Shown piece by piece: positions 10,801 to 20,923 of a stretch of 64,000 nucleotides of DNA. The notes under the pieces are model-generated. The model did no database searches. It was not told where the DNA came from and saw only the letters and a list, made by a program, of their open reading frames with translations. Each line of letters opens with the position of its first letter. Position 1 is the first letter of the stretch. The DNA is from an uncultured Chthonomonadaceae bacterium (GTDB lineage Bacteria > Armatimonadota > Chthonomonadetes > Chthonomonadales > Chthonomonadaceae), in the NCBI GenBank assembly GCA_963817895.1, contig CAWFQB010000002.1, positions 96,001-160,000 of the forward strand. The letters run 5' to 3'. Position numbers and translations under genes: made by a program.

Positions 10801-11473
10801 TGTCGCCGATTTTTATGGTTCCGGCAGGCAGAATAATATTGCCCGCGCCAATCGCGTTGCCCACATCGGAGGGGGAAAGCCCTTTGGATTGCAGGGCTTG
10901 AATGTCCAAATCCACGCTCACCTGGCGCGGCTTGCCGCCATACGGGAGCGGAATGGAAACGCCCTGTTGCGTGACGAACTGGGTGCGGACGGTGTTCAAA
11001 CTGAGGTCGTAGAGCTGCTGTTCGCTCAGGGTTTTGCTGCCCACGCCCACCTGCACAACCGGCACGTTGGAAGCGTTGTACTGCAAAATCAGCGGGGGCG
11101 TGGTTCCGGGCGGAAACGCGCGCAGCAGGGTCTGACAGATAGCCGTGATCTGCGCCACGCCCGCCTGCGCGTCCGCATTGGGCTGGAAAAACACCTTGAT
11201 GACGGCCACCCCGGGGAGGGACTGCGACTCGATGTGTTCAATGTCGTTGACCGTTGTGGTCATGGCGCGTTCGTTGGTGAACACGATGCGCCGTTCCATG
11301 TCTTCGGGCGACAGGCCGCCATACGACCAGATCACGCTGACGACAGGCACGTCAATGACAGGGAAAATGTCGGTTGGGGTGCGAAAAATGGTCAAAATGC
11401 CGAGCAGGGCGATAAACAGCGACATGACCACAAACGTATATTTGCGCCGGAGCGCAAGCTGTACAATCCACAT
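7874..11473 (-). CDS. RND efflux permease (AcrB/NolG-like) with a ~120-aa central insertion
   Basis: MWIVxLALRR start, GILVDDATV, RLRPVLMTA, APLGRAVIGG; 1199 aa. Confidence 0.95.
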   Translation of the reverse strand: MWIVQLALRRKYTFVVMSLFIALLGILTIFRTPTDIFPVIDVPVVSVIWSYGGLSPEDMERRIVFTNERAMTTTVNDIEHIESQSLPGVAVIKVFFQPNADAQAGVAQITAICQTLLRAFPPGTTPPLILQYNASNVPVVQVGVGSKTLSEQQLYDLSLNTVRTQFVTQQGVSIPLPYGGKPRQVSVDLDIQALQSKGLSPSDVGNAIGAGNIILPAGTIKIGDKEIFVRLNSQPGLVDELNNIPIRVVNGAPVYVKDVAFVHDGNAVQSNLVNQDGHRAALLTILKNGKASTLDVVNRVKAKLPSVRASVPKELDLQLLFDQSVFVKASVQGVIREAIIAACLTALMILLFLGSWRSTLVVATSIPLSILSSLTILGALGQTINIMTLGGLSLAVGILVDDATVEIENTNRNLAMGGKSLTRAILDGANQIAVPTLVATLSICIVFVPVFFLTGVAKYLFTPLALAVVFAMMSSYLLSRTLVPVMVQFLLPKDVDRIVAEEAGEQHNCPELPDEPGAKKEKEKRRKGEKESQSTIHNPQSTIGGARVYDNTPANENAIPRLQNGARVYDDSLASEHTFGTDKGGPVLNGRVGEGDGLPHDHLPRKDKNKEDKGDIFWRVHHKFNILFEHLRGRYCTGLKWTMEHRLLVGVAFGIFFVISGCLAPFIGKDFFPHVDAGLIRMHVKAPPGTRLEETEHLFSRVEGVVRQVIPNHEIQTIIDNIGLPVGGVNLAFSDISTIGSLDGDMQIALKEGEHGPTEQYIQALRRRLHHDFPDATFSFLPADITTQILNFGIPSPIDIQVNGRDPGNYQIAKDIADKVKLIPGAVDVQVHQVVNAPQIDVKVDRTKAGLLGLTERDAANNVLLSLTGNGQSAPSFFVDPKLGVSYGVNIQTPQRDIRSVEDLANTPILPSATTPSQVTSASAQTPELLSNLADFQHSQTPQVVNHYNILPVYDVYVNTENRDLGGVASDVYKTIEPFNKRLKGGNSIEVRGQVQSMNSSFLGLGVGLIFAVALVYLLMVVNFQSWVDPLVIIMALPGALSGILWMLFATRTTFNVPSLMGAIMSIGVATSNSILLITFANERRLEGDTAMQAAMAAGFTRLRPVLMTALALILGMLPMALGLGEGGEQNAPLGRAVIGGSTLATLTTLFFVPIMYTVMRHKQVAINENEAEIEKFIEDEANLVKRRREEAIASLEGK

Positions 11474-11512
11474 GGGCGGAAAACTTCCTGATTTACCAGG
11501 CCATTGGTGAAA

Positions 11513-11543
11513 TAGCCGCGAATGAACGCGAATGAACGCGAAT
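11513..11543. repeat. 10-mer tandem repeat (CGCGAATGAA)x3
   Basis: Read directly from the sequence; inverted partner of 3624-3654. Confidence 0.85.
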
Positions 11544-11841
11544 ATCGAAAGGTCGGGTTACGAACGGATGGAAAAGGAATGAGCGTCTGAACGCAAAGTG
11601 AGAAACGGGGTTACGCGCCGATGCGAACCACATACTTCTGTTACGAAGTAGTTCAGGGAAAAGTTGTTCGGGCCGCGTCGAAATGGGAAGTGTCAATATA
11701 GCCCCACAGAAAACAAAAATAAAATTCGACCATTTGTATTTTTGGCCCTTCCTTCGTTCTCTCCTGTCGCGTAGGACAATATCGCCTGGTGTGCGGGACT
11801 GAAATTGCCCGCGCAGCCTTTTCGCGCAAGGGAGACAAAAA

Positions 11842-12354
11842 ATGAAACGTGGCTATGACATGATGGGGTTTGCGGCTTTGTTGGGGTTGCTGGCGAGCGG
11901 AATAGCGATGCCGGTTCTGGCGCAAAATGGCGGCGGCGGGGGCAATACGGGCGGTGGGGGCGGCGGCGGAAACACGGGCGGCGGCGCGAATGCGCGGCAC
12001 GGCGGCAAGTACAATATCATCTGGGACGCGGCGCAACCCATCAGCGGCAGAACGCCCCGCGCTATCGGCGCGGTGAATGTCTCCACTTATGTCACAACCA
12101 TCAATCTGGATGTGCGCCTGATTGGTGTCAACCTTCCCGATAACACGCCGCTTACGGTCACGGCCTACGCAATGGACTACTTTACGGGCCTGCCCTGGTT
12201 TTCCCAAAATGCGGGAACCATTTACCTGAACGGGCAGGGCGGTTCGCTGTTAGTACCCGGATTGTGGGTCACGGCTCCCGGCTATCTGCCCATCGTCACC
12301 GGTGTCGTGGTCACGCAGGCAGACGGCACGGTCGTTATCAGCGGCCACCCCTAA
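11842..12354 (+). CDS. Secreted hypothetical protein with GGGGGNT repeats
   Basis: GGAG RBS, signal peptide ending VLA-Q, Gly repeats, beta-rich C-terminal domain. Confidence 0.7.
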   Translation: MKRGYDMMGFAALLGLLASGIAMPVLAQNGGGGGNTGGGGGGGNTGGGANARHGGKYNIIWDAAQPISGRTPRAIGAVNVSTYVTTINLDVRLIGVNLPDNTPLTVTAYAMDYFTGLPWFSQNAGTIYLNGQGGSLLVPGLWVTAPGYLPIVTGVVVTQADGTVVISGHP

Positions 12355-12388
12355 AGAAAACCATCAGCATACGCCAGTAGCCTTGAAC

Positions 12389-14692
12389 CTACGGTTCGCC
12401 GAAGAAGGGGCTTGCCCCCTTCTGCCACTCGCTCCATTCCGAGGACAGGCCATTGGCGTTGATGGCCCGTACTCGCCAGTGCAGCGTAGAGTAGCGCGCG
12501 ACGTTTTGCAGCAAAAAGTCGCGCTCACCGGTCTGCGCCTGATTGCGGGGAATACGGAAGACCAGCCGCATTTTGCCTGCCGGGTTCAGGTCGGCATTGT
12601 CACTGTTGCGGAAGACGACCTGATGGTACGCCTCGGCAGGCAGGAAGCCCGCATCGCCGGGAAATACATCGGTCAGTTGCACGGCGAACTCATAAAAGAT
12701 CGGGCAGTCACTCGTCGCGCCATCCACCGGCGACACGGCGAAAGCGAGGTCGCGATTGGTGGAGCCGTAGCCGATCTTTTGCAGCCGGGGCGTGTTCGGG
12801 GCGGGCTGAGACGCGCACTTGGGGGAAAGCATCATGCCGATGTGGCTGAACACGACGCTCATTTCCCGCGCGGAGGGCGCCTTCGGCAATTTTTGCCCCC
12901 TGGGAATGGTCTGGTAATTTGCAATCGCGTTGGGGGAGGTCTTGCCCTGAGCAACGGCGGCGCGAACCTTGCGAGTGAGACTGCGAACCCGGAACAGGTA
13001 CTCAGCGGGAGAGGCTTTGCCCGCCACCAACTGCTGCGCCATGCGCGCATACTCCACCCGCGCCGCGCTTTCGAGCGCGCTCGGCGCTCCGGCCCCGGCG
13101 AGTACGAATTTATTCGGCGCATCGGGCGTAACCACTGCCAATCGCGCTGGCGCTGTCTGTGGCAGGCCATCAAGCGGAAGCGGCGAGGGCGCGTTCTGGA
13201 CGATGCCATTCGCCTCGACCGCCGACATCAGGAAGGCGAGTTGGGCGGCGATACCGTCCTCGATAAGCGGCGCGACGAGGGCTACGGCGTCCGAGCGGTC
13301 CCGGTACAGGGTGTTGGCGTCGTTCTCGCTGACCGTGTGCCAGAGGAGAGATGCGGCATCGTTGAAGGGCCAGGGTTTGAGGGGTGACGTTAGAAGGGTC
13401 TGCGCCTGCTTTGCCCGGCTGTAATCAAACGTATGGCGGGCGACCTCGCGCACCAGTCGCCGGACGGGAATATCGCCCGCATGCCCCTTCGCCCGCCACT
13501 GCAGAATCTCTTGCCGATAGCGGTAGGCTGCCTGCAAAATGCGCTCGTCACTGAGGGCGGCGGTCAGCTTGCCGTTGTTCCATAGCTGCTCCTGCGCGTC
13601 CTCAAAGGGGCGGTGTCCATACGAGGTCGTGCCGGTAACGTGCATGGGAACGGTCGCGTCGCCCATCGCGTGGAGCGGGAAACCCAGGTTTGCGAGGTCG
13701 TGGCCGTTGTCGCGGAACTGCCGCCAGCCGTAGAGCGCGAGATTGTCCACGGACGTGAACGGCGTATGCCCCATCGGATATTTTTGCCACTCCGCGTTGC
13801 TGCGCTTGACGCTGCCCTTGTACGTGTCGCCATCGGGGAACCCATCACCGGGGTTGACGATCTCGTAATGCTTTACGCCGTCACTCTTGTCGGGGTTGAC
13901 ACTCAGGCCGATCAGGTCGGTTCCGGCCATGATCGCCAGGTCTATCGCGCCCGGAACCTGATCCGGGCCGGCCGCCTCGTACAGAATTCCCTGATGGTCG
14001 TCGAAGGCGTTCTCCACGAGTGGCGAGGAGGACATATTGATAAAGTGCCACAGGCCCGTGAACTGGCTGCTGGTAATATCGCCGATGCCGGGGATCAAAT
14101 TCAGCAAGTCGTCGGGAGTGGGCGTTTTGTTCGCCAGATTTTTGGCGTTCTTCACGCACTCCTCGCACGTATCCCCACCGAACCCGAACAGGTTCGCAAG
14201 GCAACTGGCAAGGCAAACAATAGGAATCAGCAGTGCCGCAACTCCGGCCTTGATCGCCTCATCCACCACCTTGTTCGCCGCGCCCGCGCCCAGTACGCTG
14301 CTTGCCTTCACGAACAGGTGTGTATCATCCTTGTGATCGTCGGGAGCCGCGGCCGCTGTTGCCAGCGCGTCCGACGCGCCCTTGTTGCTCAGGTCGCCGG
14401 GGGCCGGGTCGCCTGCCAGCGTATCCAGCTTTTTGCGCGCCGTTGCGATGTCATGCTGGAATGTTTTCCACTGTGCCGCGCTCACCCCCTGCGGCGGTAC
14501 GCCCAGTGTCTGATTGGACCGGCTCGCCCGATCTACGAACCGCATGATCTGATACGCCCGCGCCGCCATTCCCTGATGCACGGCGGCATTGTGCGCGCAG
14601 GCGGGCCGGACTGACCACAGGGACAGGCAAACCATCAATCCGGCTGCAATGCCCCGCCGCCTGCGCTGCATAGACCTCATCATCGTCCGCAT
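12389..14692 (-). CDS. Secreted zinc-dependent phospholipase C / S1-P1 nuclease-like protein with a C-terminal FN3-like domain
   Basis: Signal peptide then HNAAVH, APDD, WHFIN, LHAMGDATVPMH, GHRPFE; C-terminal WRVRAINANGLSSEWS. Confidence 0.65.
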   Translation of the reverse strand: MRTMMRSMQRRRRGIAAGLMVCLSLWSVRPACAHNAAVHQGMAARAYQIMRFVDRASRSNQTLGVPPQGVSAAQWKTFQHDIATARKKLDTLAGDPAPGDLSNKGASDALATAAAAPDDHKDDTHLFVKASSVLGAGAANKVVDEAIKAGVAALLIPIVCLASCLANLFGFGGDTCEECVKNAKNLANKTPTPDDLLNLIPGIGDITSSQFTGLWHFINMSSSPLVENAFDDHQGILYEAAGPDQVPGAIDLAIMAGTDLIGLSVNPDKSDGVKHYEIVNPGDGFPDGDTYKGSVKRSNAEWQKYPMGHTPFTSVDNLALYGWRQFRDNGHDLANLGFPLHAMGDATVPMHVTGTTSYGHRPFEDAQEQLWNNGKLTAALSDERILQAAYRYRQEILQWRAKGHAGDIPVRRLVREVARHTFDYSRAKQAQTLLTSPLKPWPFNDAASLLWHTVSENDANTLYRDRSDAVALVAPLIEDGIAAQLAFLMSAVEANGIVQNAPSPLPLDGLPQTAPARLAVVTPDAPNKFVLAGAGAPSALESAARVEYARMAQQLVAGKASPAEYLFRVRSLTRKVRAAVAQGKTSPNAIANYQTIPRGQKLPKAPSAREMSVVFSHIGMMLSPKCASQPAPNTPRLQKIGYGSTNRDLAFAVSPVDGATSDCPIFYEFAVQLTDVFPGDAGFLPAEAYHQVVFRNSDNADLNPAGKMRLVFRIPRNQAQTGERDFLLQNVARYSTLHWRVRAINANGLSSEWSEWQKGASPFFGEP

Positions 14693-14710
14693 AATCGTCG
14701 CTCCCTTCAA

Positions 14711-15109
14711 TTACACTTCCGCCAGTACCCCGCGCAAAGGTTCCCCCTGCGCCCCAAGCCGCGCATTCTCCTCGTCCGTAAACAGGCGCGAATGGGTGAC
14801 AAAGCGCATGCCTTCGGGCGCTTCCAGGGAAAAGCCTGCTCCCCGCCCCGGCACAATGTCTATGGTGAGATGCGTGTGCCGCCAGTACGCGAACTGCTGC
14901 CCGCCAATATAAAACGGGCAGCCCGCGATTTCCCCGAGAAACACATCGTTCGCGCCAATCCGAAAGTCGCCAAGCGGATAGCACATCGGCGCGCTGCCGT
15001 CACAGCACCCTCCCGACTGATGGAACAGGAGAGAGCCGTGTAAGGCTTTCAGTTTTTCGACGAACGCCGCCGCTTCGGGCGTAATGTCCACTCGTTTGAC
15101 GGGATTCAT
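14711..15109 (-). CDS. DUF779 protein (aldehyde-dehydrogenase associated)
   Basis: FHQSGGCCDGSAPMCYP, PGRGAGFSLEAPEG; directly downstream of aldB. Confidence 0.92.
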   Translation of the reverse strand: MNPVKRVDITPEAAAFVEKLKALHGSLLFHQSGGCCDGSAPMCYPLGDFRIGANDVFLGEIAGCPFYIGGQQFAYWRHTHLTIDIVPGRGAGFSLEAPEGMRFVTHSRLFTDEENARLGAQGEPLRGVLAEV

Positions 15110-15112
15110 TTA

Positions 15113-15305
15113 CCTCACCCCAACCCCTCTCCTTGCCGCGCAACGCGCCAGGAGAGGGGCTACTGCTTGCTTGCTTCTCCTGGCTGATACTGTATTGCCA
15201 GAAGAGGAGGCTTTTCAGGCTCATCTTCCAATCTATCAGTCTCCCCTCTCCCAGGCTTTTTTGGGAGAAGGGGTTATGTCCACAAGTGGACGCCCGGGTT
15301 GAGGG
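15113..15305. repeat. CCTCACCCCAACCCCTCTCC...GGAGAGGGG-type palindromic intergenic repeat pair
   Basis: Two opposed purine/pyrimidine hairpin units; related units near 42128-42168 and 55235-55310. Confidence 0.55.
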
Positions 15306-16826
15306 CTAGAAGAAGCCCATCGGGTTCGGGTCGTAAGAGACGAGCAGGTTTTTCGTCTGCTGATAGTGGTCGAGCATCATCTTGTGGTTTTCGCGCCCGA
15401 TGCCGCTCTGCTTGTAGCCGCCGAAGGCCGCATGCGCCGGGTAAAGGTGGTAACAGTTCGTCCAGACTCGGCCCGCCTGGATTGCCCGTCCCATGCGGAA
15501 GGCCGTACTCATGTCCCGCGTCCACAATCCCGCGCCCAATCCGTACAGCGTTTCATTGGCGATTTTCAGGGCGTCCGCTTCGTCCGTGAACTTTGTTACG
15601 GACACGACGGGGCCGAAAATCTCCTCCTGGAAAATCCGCATCTCATTGCGCCCCTCGAAGATCGTCGGCTCGATATAATAGCCGCCCTGCAAGTCCGAAG
15701 AAACGCTCGCTTCCCTGCCGCCAATCAGAACTTTCGCGCCCTCCTGCCGTCCTATCTCGAAGTAGGAGAGTATTTTTTCGCGCTGATCGTTGGAAGCCTG
15801 CGCCCCGATCATCGTGTCCGTATCCAGCGGGTTCCCCTGCTTGATGCGGGCCACGCGCTCAATCGCGTGGTTCATAAACTCGTCGTAGAACGATTCCTGC
15901 ACAAGCGCGCGGGAGGGACAGGTGCAGACTTCGCCCTGATTGAGCGCGAACATGGCGAACCCCTCCAGGCTCTTTTGCGCAAAGGCGTCCTGCCGCGCGA
16001 ACGTGTCCGCGAAAAAGATGTTGGGGGATTTGCCGCCCAATTCAAGCGTAACGGGAATGATGTTTTCCGAGGCGTACTGCATAATCAGCCGCCCCGTCGT
16101 GGTTTCTCCCGTAAACGCGATTTTGGCGATGCGCGGGCTGGACGCGAGGGGCTTGCCCGCTTCCGCGCCAAAGCCGTTGACCACGTTGACCACGCCGGGA
16201 GGAAGCAGGTCACCGATGAGTTCCATTAGCAGGAGAATGGACGCGGGCGTTTGTTCCGCAGGCTTGATGACCACGCAGTTACCCGCCGCCAGCGCGGGGG
16301 CCAGTTTCCACGTCGCCATGAGAATCGGGAAGTTCCAGGGGATAATCTGCCCCACAACGCCGAGCGGCTCATGGAAATGATAGGCCATCGTTAAATCGTC
16401 AATGGGGGCGATGCTCCCCTCCTGCGCCCGGATGCACCCCGCGAAATAGCGGAAATGGTCAATGGCGAGGGGCAGGTCGGCGGCGAGGCTTTCGCGAATC
16501 GGCTTGCCATTATCCCACGTTTCCGCGACGGCCAGCATTTCCAGATTGGCTTCCATTCGATCCGCGATTTTGTTAAGGATATTGGCGCGAACCGCATACG
16601 AGGTTTTGCCCCAGGCGTCTTTCGCTTTATGCGCGGCATCAAGGGCGAGTTCGATGTCTTTCGCGCGGGAACGGGGGATTTCGCAAAACGTTTTGCCGTT
16701 GACGGGGCTGACGTTCTCAAAGTAGTCGCCATCGGCGGGCGGCACAAACTCCCCGCCGATATAGTTGCCATAACGCGATTGGAAGGCGACGAGGCTGCCT
16801 TCTGTATTCGGAGCCGCATAGATCAT
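15306..16826 (-). CDS. aldB: Aldehyde dehydrogenase, AldB family
   Basis: [63 protein letters not shown] at 16826 with GGAG RBS. Confidence 0.95.
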   Translation of the reverse strand: MIYAAPNTEGSLVAFQSRYGNYIGGEFVPPADGDYFENVSPVNGKTFCEIPRSRAKDIELALDAAHKAKDAWGKTSYAVRANILNKIADRMEANLEMLAVAETWDNGKPIRESLAADLPLAIDHFRYFAGCIRAQEGSIAPIDDLTMAYHFHEPLGVVGQIIPWNFPILMATWKLAPALAAGNCVVIKPAEQTPASILLLMELIGDLLPPGVVNVVNGFGAEAGKPLASSPRIAKIAFTGETTTGRLIMQYASENIIPVTLELGGKSPNIFFADTFARQDAFAQKSLEGFAMFALNQGEVCTCPSRALVQESFYDEFMNHAIERVARIKQGNPLDTDTMIGAQASNDQREKILSYFEIGRQEGAKVLIGGREASVSSDLQGGYYIEPTIFEGRNEMRIFQEEIFGPVVSVTKFTDEADALKIANETLYGLGAGLWTRDMSTAFRMGRAIQAGRVWTNCYHLYPAHAAFGGYKQSGIGRENHKMMLDHYQQTKNLLVSYDPNPMGFF

Positions 16827-16944
16827 GTTCGTATCACTCCTTTGTAAGTCGAAACGTTGACTGTAGACTGCGCCACTACGCCCTATTGCTGCAAACCCCG
16901 GCGACTCTCCTCCTTGCCAGGTCCTCTCTTTCCTTTTGAACTCC

Positions 16945-18075
16945 CTATCTAATTTTGAGGGCGAGCAGGCCCTCGCTCCAACTGGCCGAATACAGGATGT
17001 GGTTGGCGGCGTCGTACCCCATTTCAAATGGCTCTTCAGAAAACGTCTGCGCCCCGTTTCCATAGGCTGTCCAGGTCACGCCGTCCTTTTCGGGGGAGGT
17101 GAAGAACGGCTGATGGGCGTTGACGCAGCCGGTATACAAATTCTTCCCGTCGCCGCAGATCCCCATGTACCAACTGTACACAAGCCCCTGCTTGAGCGGC
17201 TGCCAACTCGCGCCGTTGTCTACGCTGCGTACCGGATATTGATACGCGCCGGCGTACAGAACCCCGTTTTTGGCGCGATAGAGTTGATTGCCGCCATGTG
17301 TCATTTGAAGCGGATACACTTGCGACCATGTGGAACCCGCGTCCGTCGTTCTATAGAAGCCACCCGCCTGCGCAGTGAACAGCCAGGTGTTCTTATCTCC
17401 CTGTTTGGTGATGGGATCATACAGGAAGAACACCGCCATGCCGTAACCCTTTGCCGAACCAGCGGGAGGATTATGGCTAACCCAGGTGGTTCCCCCGTCG
17501 CGGCTTTCCAGAACGCCACAATTGTTGGAGCCACTCCAGGGCGAATGGAAGCTGACCAGCACATGATTGAAATCCGTCGGATCCACGGCGAGGGAATACA
17601 GGTCTCGCGTTCCCACCGGGGGTTGCGTTGCCGCCGCAAAGCCGGGAGGCAAGGTCCAGGAAACGCCGCCATCGGTGGAAATCCAGAATCCCTGTGTGTT
17701 CCCCCGCACCCCGTCCACACAATACAAATGATTGGAATGATGCGGGTCAACGGCGATATGGATCGGTTCATCAAGGTTCCCAATCCTGGACCAGTGAGAA
17801 CCCCGGTCGGTCGTCTTATACAATCCGCCTTTGGTTACGTCATAAGCGCAGACGCAAAGATACAGAGTGGAGGGACGCTTCGGATCGATAGCCATGCCCT
17901 GACAAAACACATGATTGGCCGCGCTCATGGTGACGCCCGCAGGCGTGATGCTCTTCCAAAGGCCGACTGTCAGGGGCGGCGTGTCGGCTCCATGAGAAAC
18001 CACGCTCAGGAGAAGGAGCAACAGGATGCCCCATCCTTTCACAGCGCAGGGTACGTGTTTCATAATGCCTTTCAT
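16945..18075 (-). CDS. Secreted BNR/Asp-box beta-propeller protein
   Basis: Signal peptide; repeated S/T-x-D-G-G-x-S/T-W boxes. Confidence 0.8.
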   Translation of the reverse strand: MKGIMKHVPCAVKGWGILLLLLLSVVSHGADTPPLTVGLWKSITPAGVTMSAANHVFCQGMAIDPKRPSTLYLCVCAYDVTKGGLYKTTDRGSHWSRIGNLDEPIHIAVDPHHSNHLYCVDGVRGNTQGFWISTDGGVSWTLPPGFAAATQPPVGTRDLYSLAVDPTDFNHVLVSFHSPWSGSNNCGVLESRDGGTTWVSHNPPAGSAKGYGMAVFFLYDPITKQGDKNTWLFTAQAGGFYRTTDAGSTWSQVYPLQMTHGGNQLYRAKNGVLYAGAYQYPVRSVDNGASWQPLKQGLVYSWYMGICGDGKNLYTGCVNAHQPFFTSPEKDGVTWTAYGNGAQTFSEEPFEMGYDAANHILYSASWSEGLLALKIR

Positions 18076-18097
18076 TCAGCCCTGAACAGCGTGTTGG

Positions 18098-19080
18098 CTA
18101 TCGCTTGATCGTGAACAGGTGAAGCCGTCCGAATTTGCTCCACTCGGAAACCACTACATTACCGGCGCGGTCGAATGATATTCCGTGCGGGGAGTTGAGA
18201 ACGCCCTCCGTCCACTGCGCCGGTTCCAGCCCGAAGTTGGCGCGCTGCGCGGCGTTGGGATTGTCCCCGATTTGAGCGACGATGCTGTTATCCTTGCCCA
18301 GTATCGTGACGCGCCCCCGCAATTCGGCGATAGCGATGTAATCGCCCGCGACATTCACGGCTGCCGGCATACGCAGGTTGCGCTGCAGCACTTTCACCAG
18401 ATTGCCATCCGTATCCCACTGCTCCACGCGGTCACTCTCCCGGTTGCAGACAATCAGCATCGGCTTTGAGCCGCGCATATCCACCGCAAGGCCATGACAG
18501 CGGTTGAACTTGCCGTCTTCCGCCGGAACTCCCCCGGGCCGCCGAACGACTTTACGTACTTGCGGTCACGGTCGTACTTGTGAATGTAATTCTTGCCGTA
18601 TCCGTCCGCGACAAAGATCGTGCCATCCGGCAGGGCCACTATATTCGTCGGGTTGAACTCTTCGGCTTTCGCGTAAATGCCGGACTCTGCCGGGTAGCTC
18701 ATCGTCCAGACCGACGTTCCATCAGTTTTGATTTTGAGAACTTCGTGGAAATTGGGGCGGGCGGCATACAGATACTCGCCATCGCGCTCGCGCGTCAGGA
18801 ACAGGCCGTGAATCTGCTCCGGCCCGAAACAGCGCCGATATTTGCCGTCCGGCCCGAAAACCAGAATACCGCGCGGGGTGTCCGTACTGATGTAAACATT
18901 CCCGGCGCGATCCACCGCCGCCCCGCCATGTACCGGCCCAATCTGCTGGTTGTCAGGCTGCGCGGTAAAGTGGTTGGGAACATACGTAACTCTCATCTCT
19001 CGCGGCGAAAACGCCATAAGAGGAACAGTCAGGCAAATAAGAATCAGAGACAGAAATTGCTTTCGGCTGCATCGCGTCAT
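18098..19080 (-). CDS. NHL-repeat (peptidylglycine lyase-like) beta-propeller protein; frameshift near 18530
   Basis: VADGYG, CHG, CNRE and PHGI motifs continue across two ORFs; C-run at the junction. Confidence 0.8.
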
Positions 19081-19139
19081 AAGTTTTTCTTCCTCGCTAC
19101 TGGACATGGATGGTAAATTGTGGCCTCACGCAAATAATA

Positions 19140-19175
19140 CCAGAACACCCGTCACAATCAGGGCGGGTGTTCTGG
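19140..19175 (-). terminator. Intrinsic terminator after fba
   Basis: CCAGAACACCCG/CGGGTGTTCTGG stem with a T-rich tail on the minus strand. Confidence 0.65.
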
Positions 19176-19201
19176 CAGTTGCGGTGGATGTGAAGCGCAG
19201 G

Positions 19202-20162
19202 TTAATGCTTTGATTTGGCGTGTTCGCGGGCGGCGGTCAGTTGTCCCGCGCTGCCGAGGTACTGGTTGCGGCTGACGATGAATTTAGCATATTCGGCCAT
19301 AAAGATTTTACCGGGCGGGCGCAGGTCGAATTCGGCGGGCTTGTCGCGGAAGAACTCGCGGTGAACCCGCGTCCATACCAGACGGCCATCCGTATCAATG
19401 TTCACTTTGCAGACGCCCAATTTGGCGGCGGGAAGGTACTGCTTCGGGGTCTACGCCCTTCGCGCCCTCTTTCAATTGCCCACCCGCCTGATTGATGCGG
19501 TGTACTTCGTCCTGCGGCACGGATGACGAGCCGTGCATCACGAGCGGCGTGTTGGGGATTTTGGACTGAATGGCTTTGATGCGGTCGAAGTGCAGACCCT
19601 GCCCGCCCGAAAACTTATACGCGCCGTGACTGGTTCCGATGGCGCAGGCGAGGCTGTCGCAGCCGGACTGCTGTACGAACTCCTCGGCTTCGTCAGGATC
19701 GGTCAGGCAGGCGTTCTTTTCATCTACCTTGATGTCCTCTTCCACGCCTCCCAACATCCCCAATTCGGCTTCCACGGAGATGCCTTGCGGATGGGCCGCA
19801 TCCACCACCCGCTTCGTAATCGCGACATTCTCTTCAAATGACTCGTGGGAAGCGTCAATCATCACGGACGAGTAAAATCCGCTGGCAATGCACTCCATGG
19901 CCGTTGCTTCGTCGCCATGATCGAGATGCACTGCAAACAGCGCTTCGGGAAAAATCTCATCCGCAGTGCGGATAATGGCTTCCAGCATGCGCTTGTCGGT
20001 ATATCCCCGCGCGCCTTTGGAAATCTGGATGATAAAGGGGGCCTGCGAATCAATGCAGCCCTGAAACAGCCCCATTGTCTGTTCCAGGTTGTTGATGTTG
20101 TACGCGCCCAGGGCATAGTTGCCGTAAGCGTGTTCAAACAGGGTGCGCGTGGGGACGATCAT
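19202..20162 (-). CDS. fba: Class II fructose-bisphosphate aldolase; 1-nt indel near 19446
   Basis: HLDHG, SVMIDAS, EAELG, IGTSHGAYK, LVMHGSS, then KVNIDTDGRL in the next frame. Confidence 0.93.
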
Positions 20163-20178
20163 GAAGGTTCCTCCGGGT

Positions 20179-20355
20179 CAGGTTGTCAGGTTGTTAGTTG
20201 TTAGGTTGTTAGTTTGTCAGGCGTTCAGGTCTGATCGGCTTCATTATAGCCGTTAAGTTGGCGTGGATACAAGTCTTTCCATGAGATAAGGAAAAAGAGG
20301 GCAGAAGACACAAACCTGATGAACTAACAACTAACAACCTGACAACTAACAACCT
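20179..20355. repeat. (GGTTGTYA/GTTGTTA)n inverted-arm element
   Basis: Arms at about 20179-20221 and 20322-20355; same family at 43295-43405. Confidence 0.8.
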
Positions 20356-20475
20356 ACTCATTGGTAATAGTGCTTGAATATGTGCCCTGCGCCATAAATG
20401 CCGCACTTTTACCTGCGCCAGGCGCGAAAATATAATGAATAATAAGAATACTTCCTCTGAAAGGAGAGTGGCTCG

Positions 20476-20745
20476 ATGAATGACAATGTACACGATGTCG
20501 CGACCGCATCCCCGTGCGGTTCCTGCGGCGGCGCCTGTGAGTCCCAACGTATCGCCTTAACATTGAGACGGACGGCCAGCACCTTCGTGCTGATACGGGA
20601 CGTGCCTGCGGATGTCTGTCAGGAGTGTGGGGAGACGTTCTTCTCGCTCTGGACGGCAACCCAGGTGATAACAGCGCTACAGCTCAAACACGCGCCCGAC
20701 AGCATGGCCGTGATGCCCATCTACGACTATCCGCTTGCCGGGTAG
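20476..20745 (+). CDS. YgiT-type zinc-finger protein
   Basis: CGSCGG...IRDVPADVCQECGE; AGGAG RBS. Confidence 0.8.
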   Translation: MNDNVHDVATASPCGSCGGACESQRIALTLRRTASTFVLIRDVPADVCQECGETFFSLWTATQVITALQLKHAPDSMAVMPIYDYPLAG

Positions 20746-20923
20746 AAGTGGAGAGCGCCACGCGCCGGTAAGTCGGTTCGGCAGACTGAATTCGTGTCCC
20801 TTTTCGCGCCGTTCGGGCAGTGCCAACTATCCTGAACGTCGTACTCGTCGGCCCTCAAAACACTATCCTTTTGGATTCGCTCCTGTGTCCGCAAAGACAC
20901 AGGAGTTTTTATGTTCAAGGTTG

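Noticed and set aside
9854..11491. 545-aa plus-strand ORF (likewise 20735-22816, 12302-13387, 16936-18108)
   Set aside because: Antisense shadows of well-supported genes in GC-rich DNA, with no motifs.
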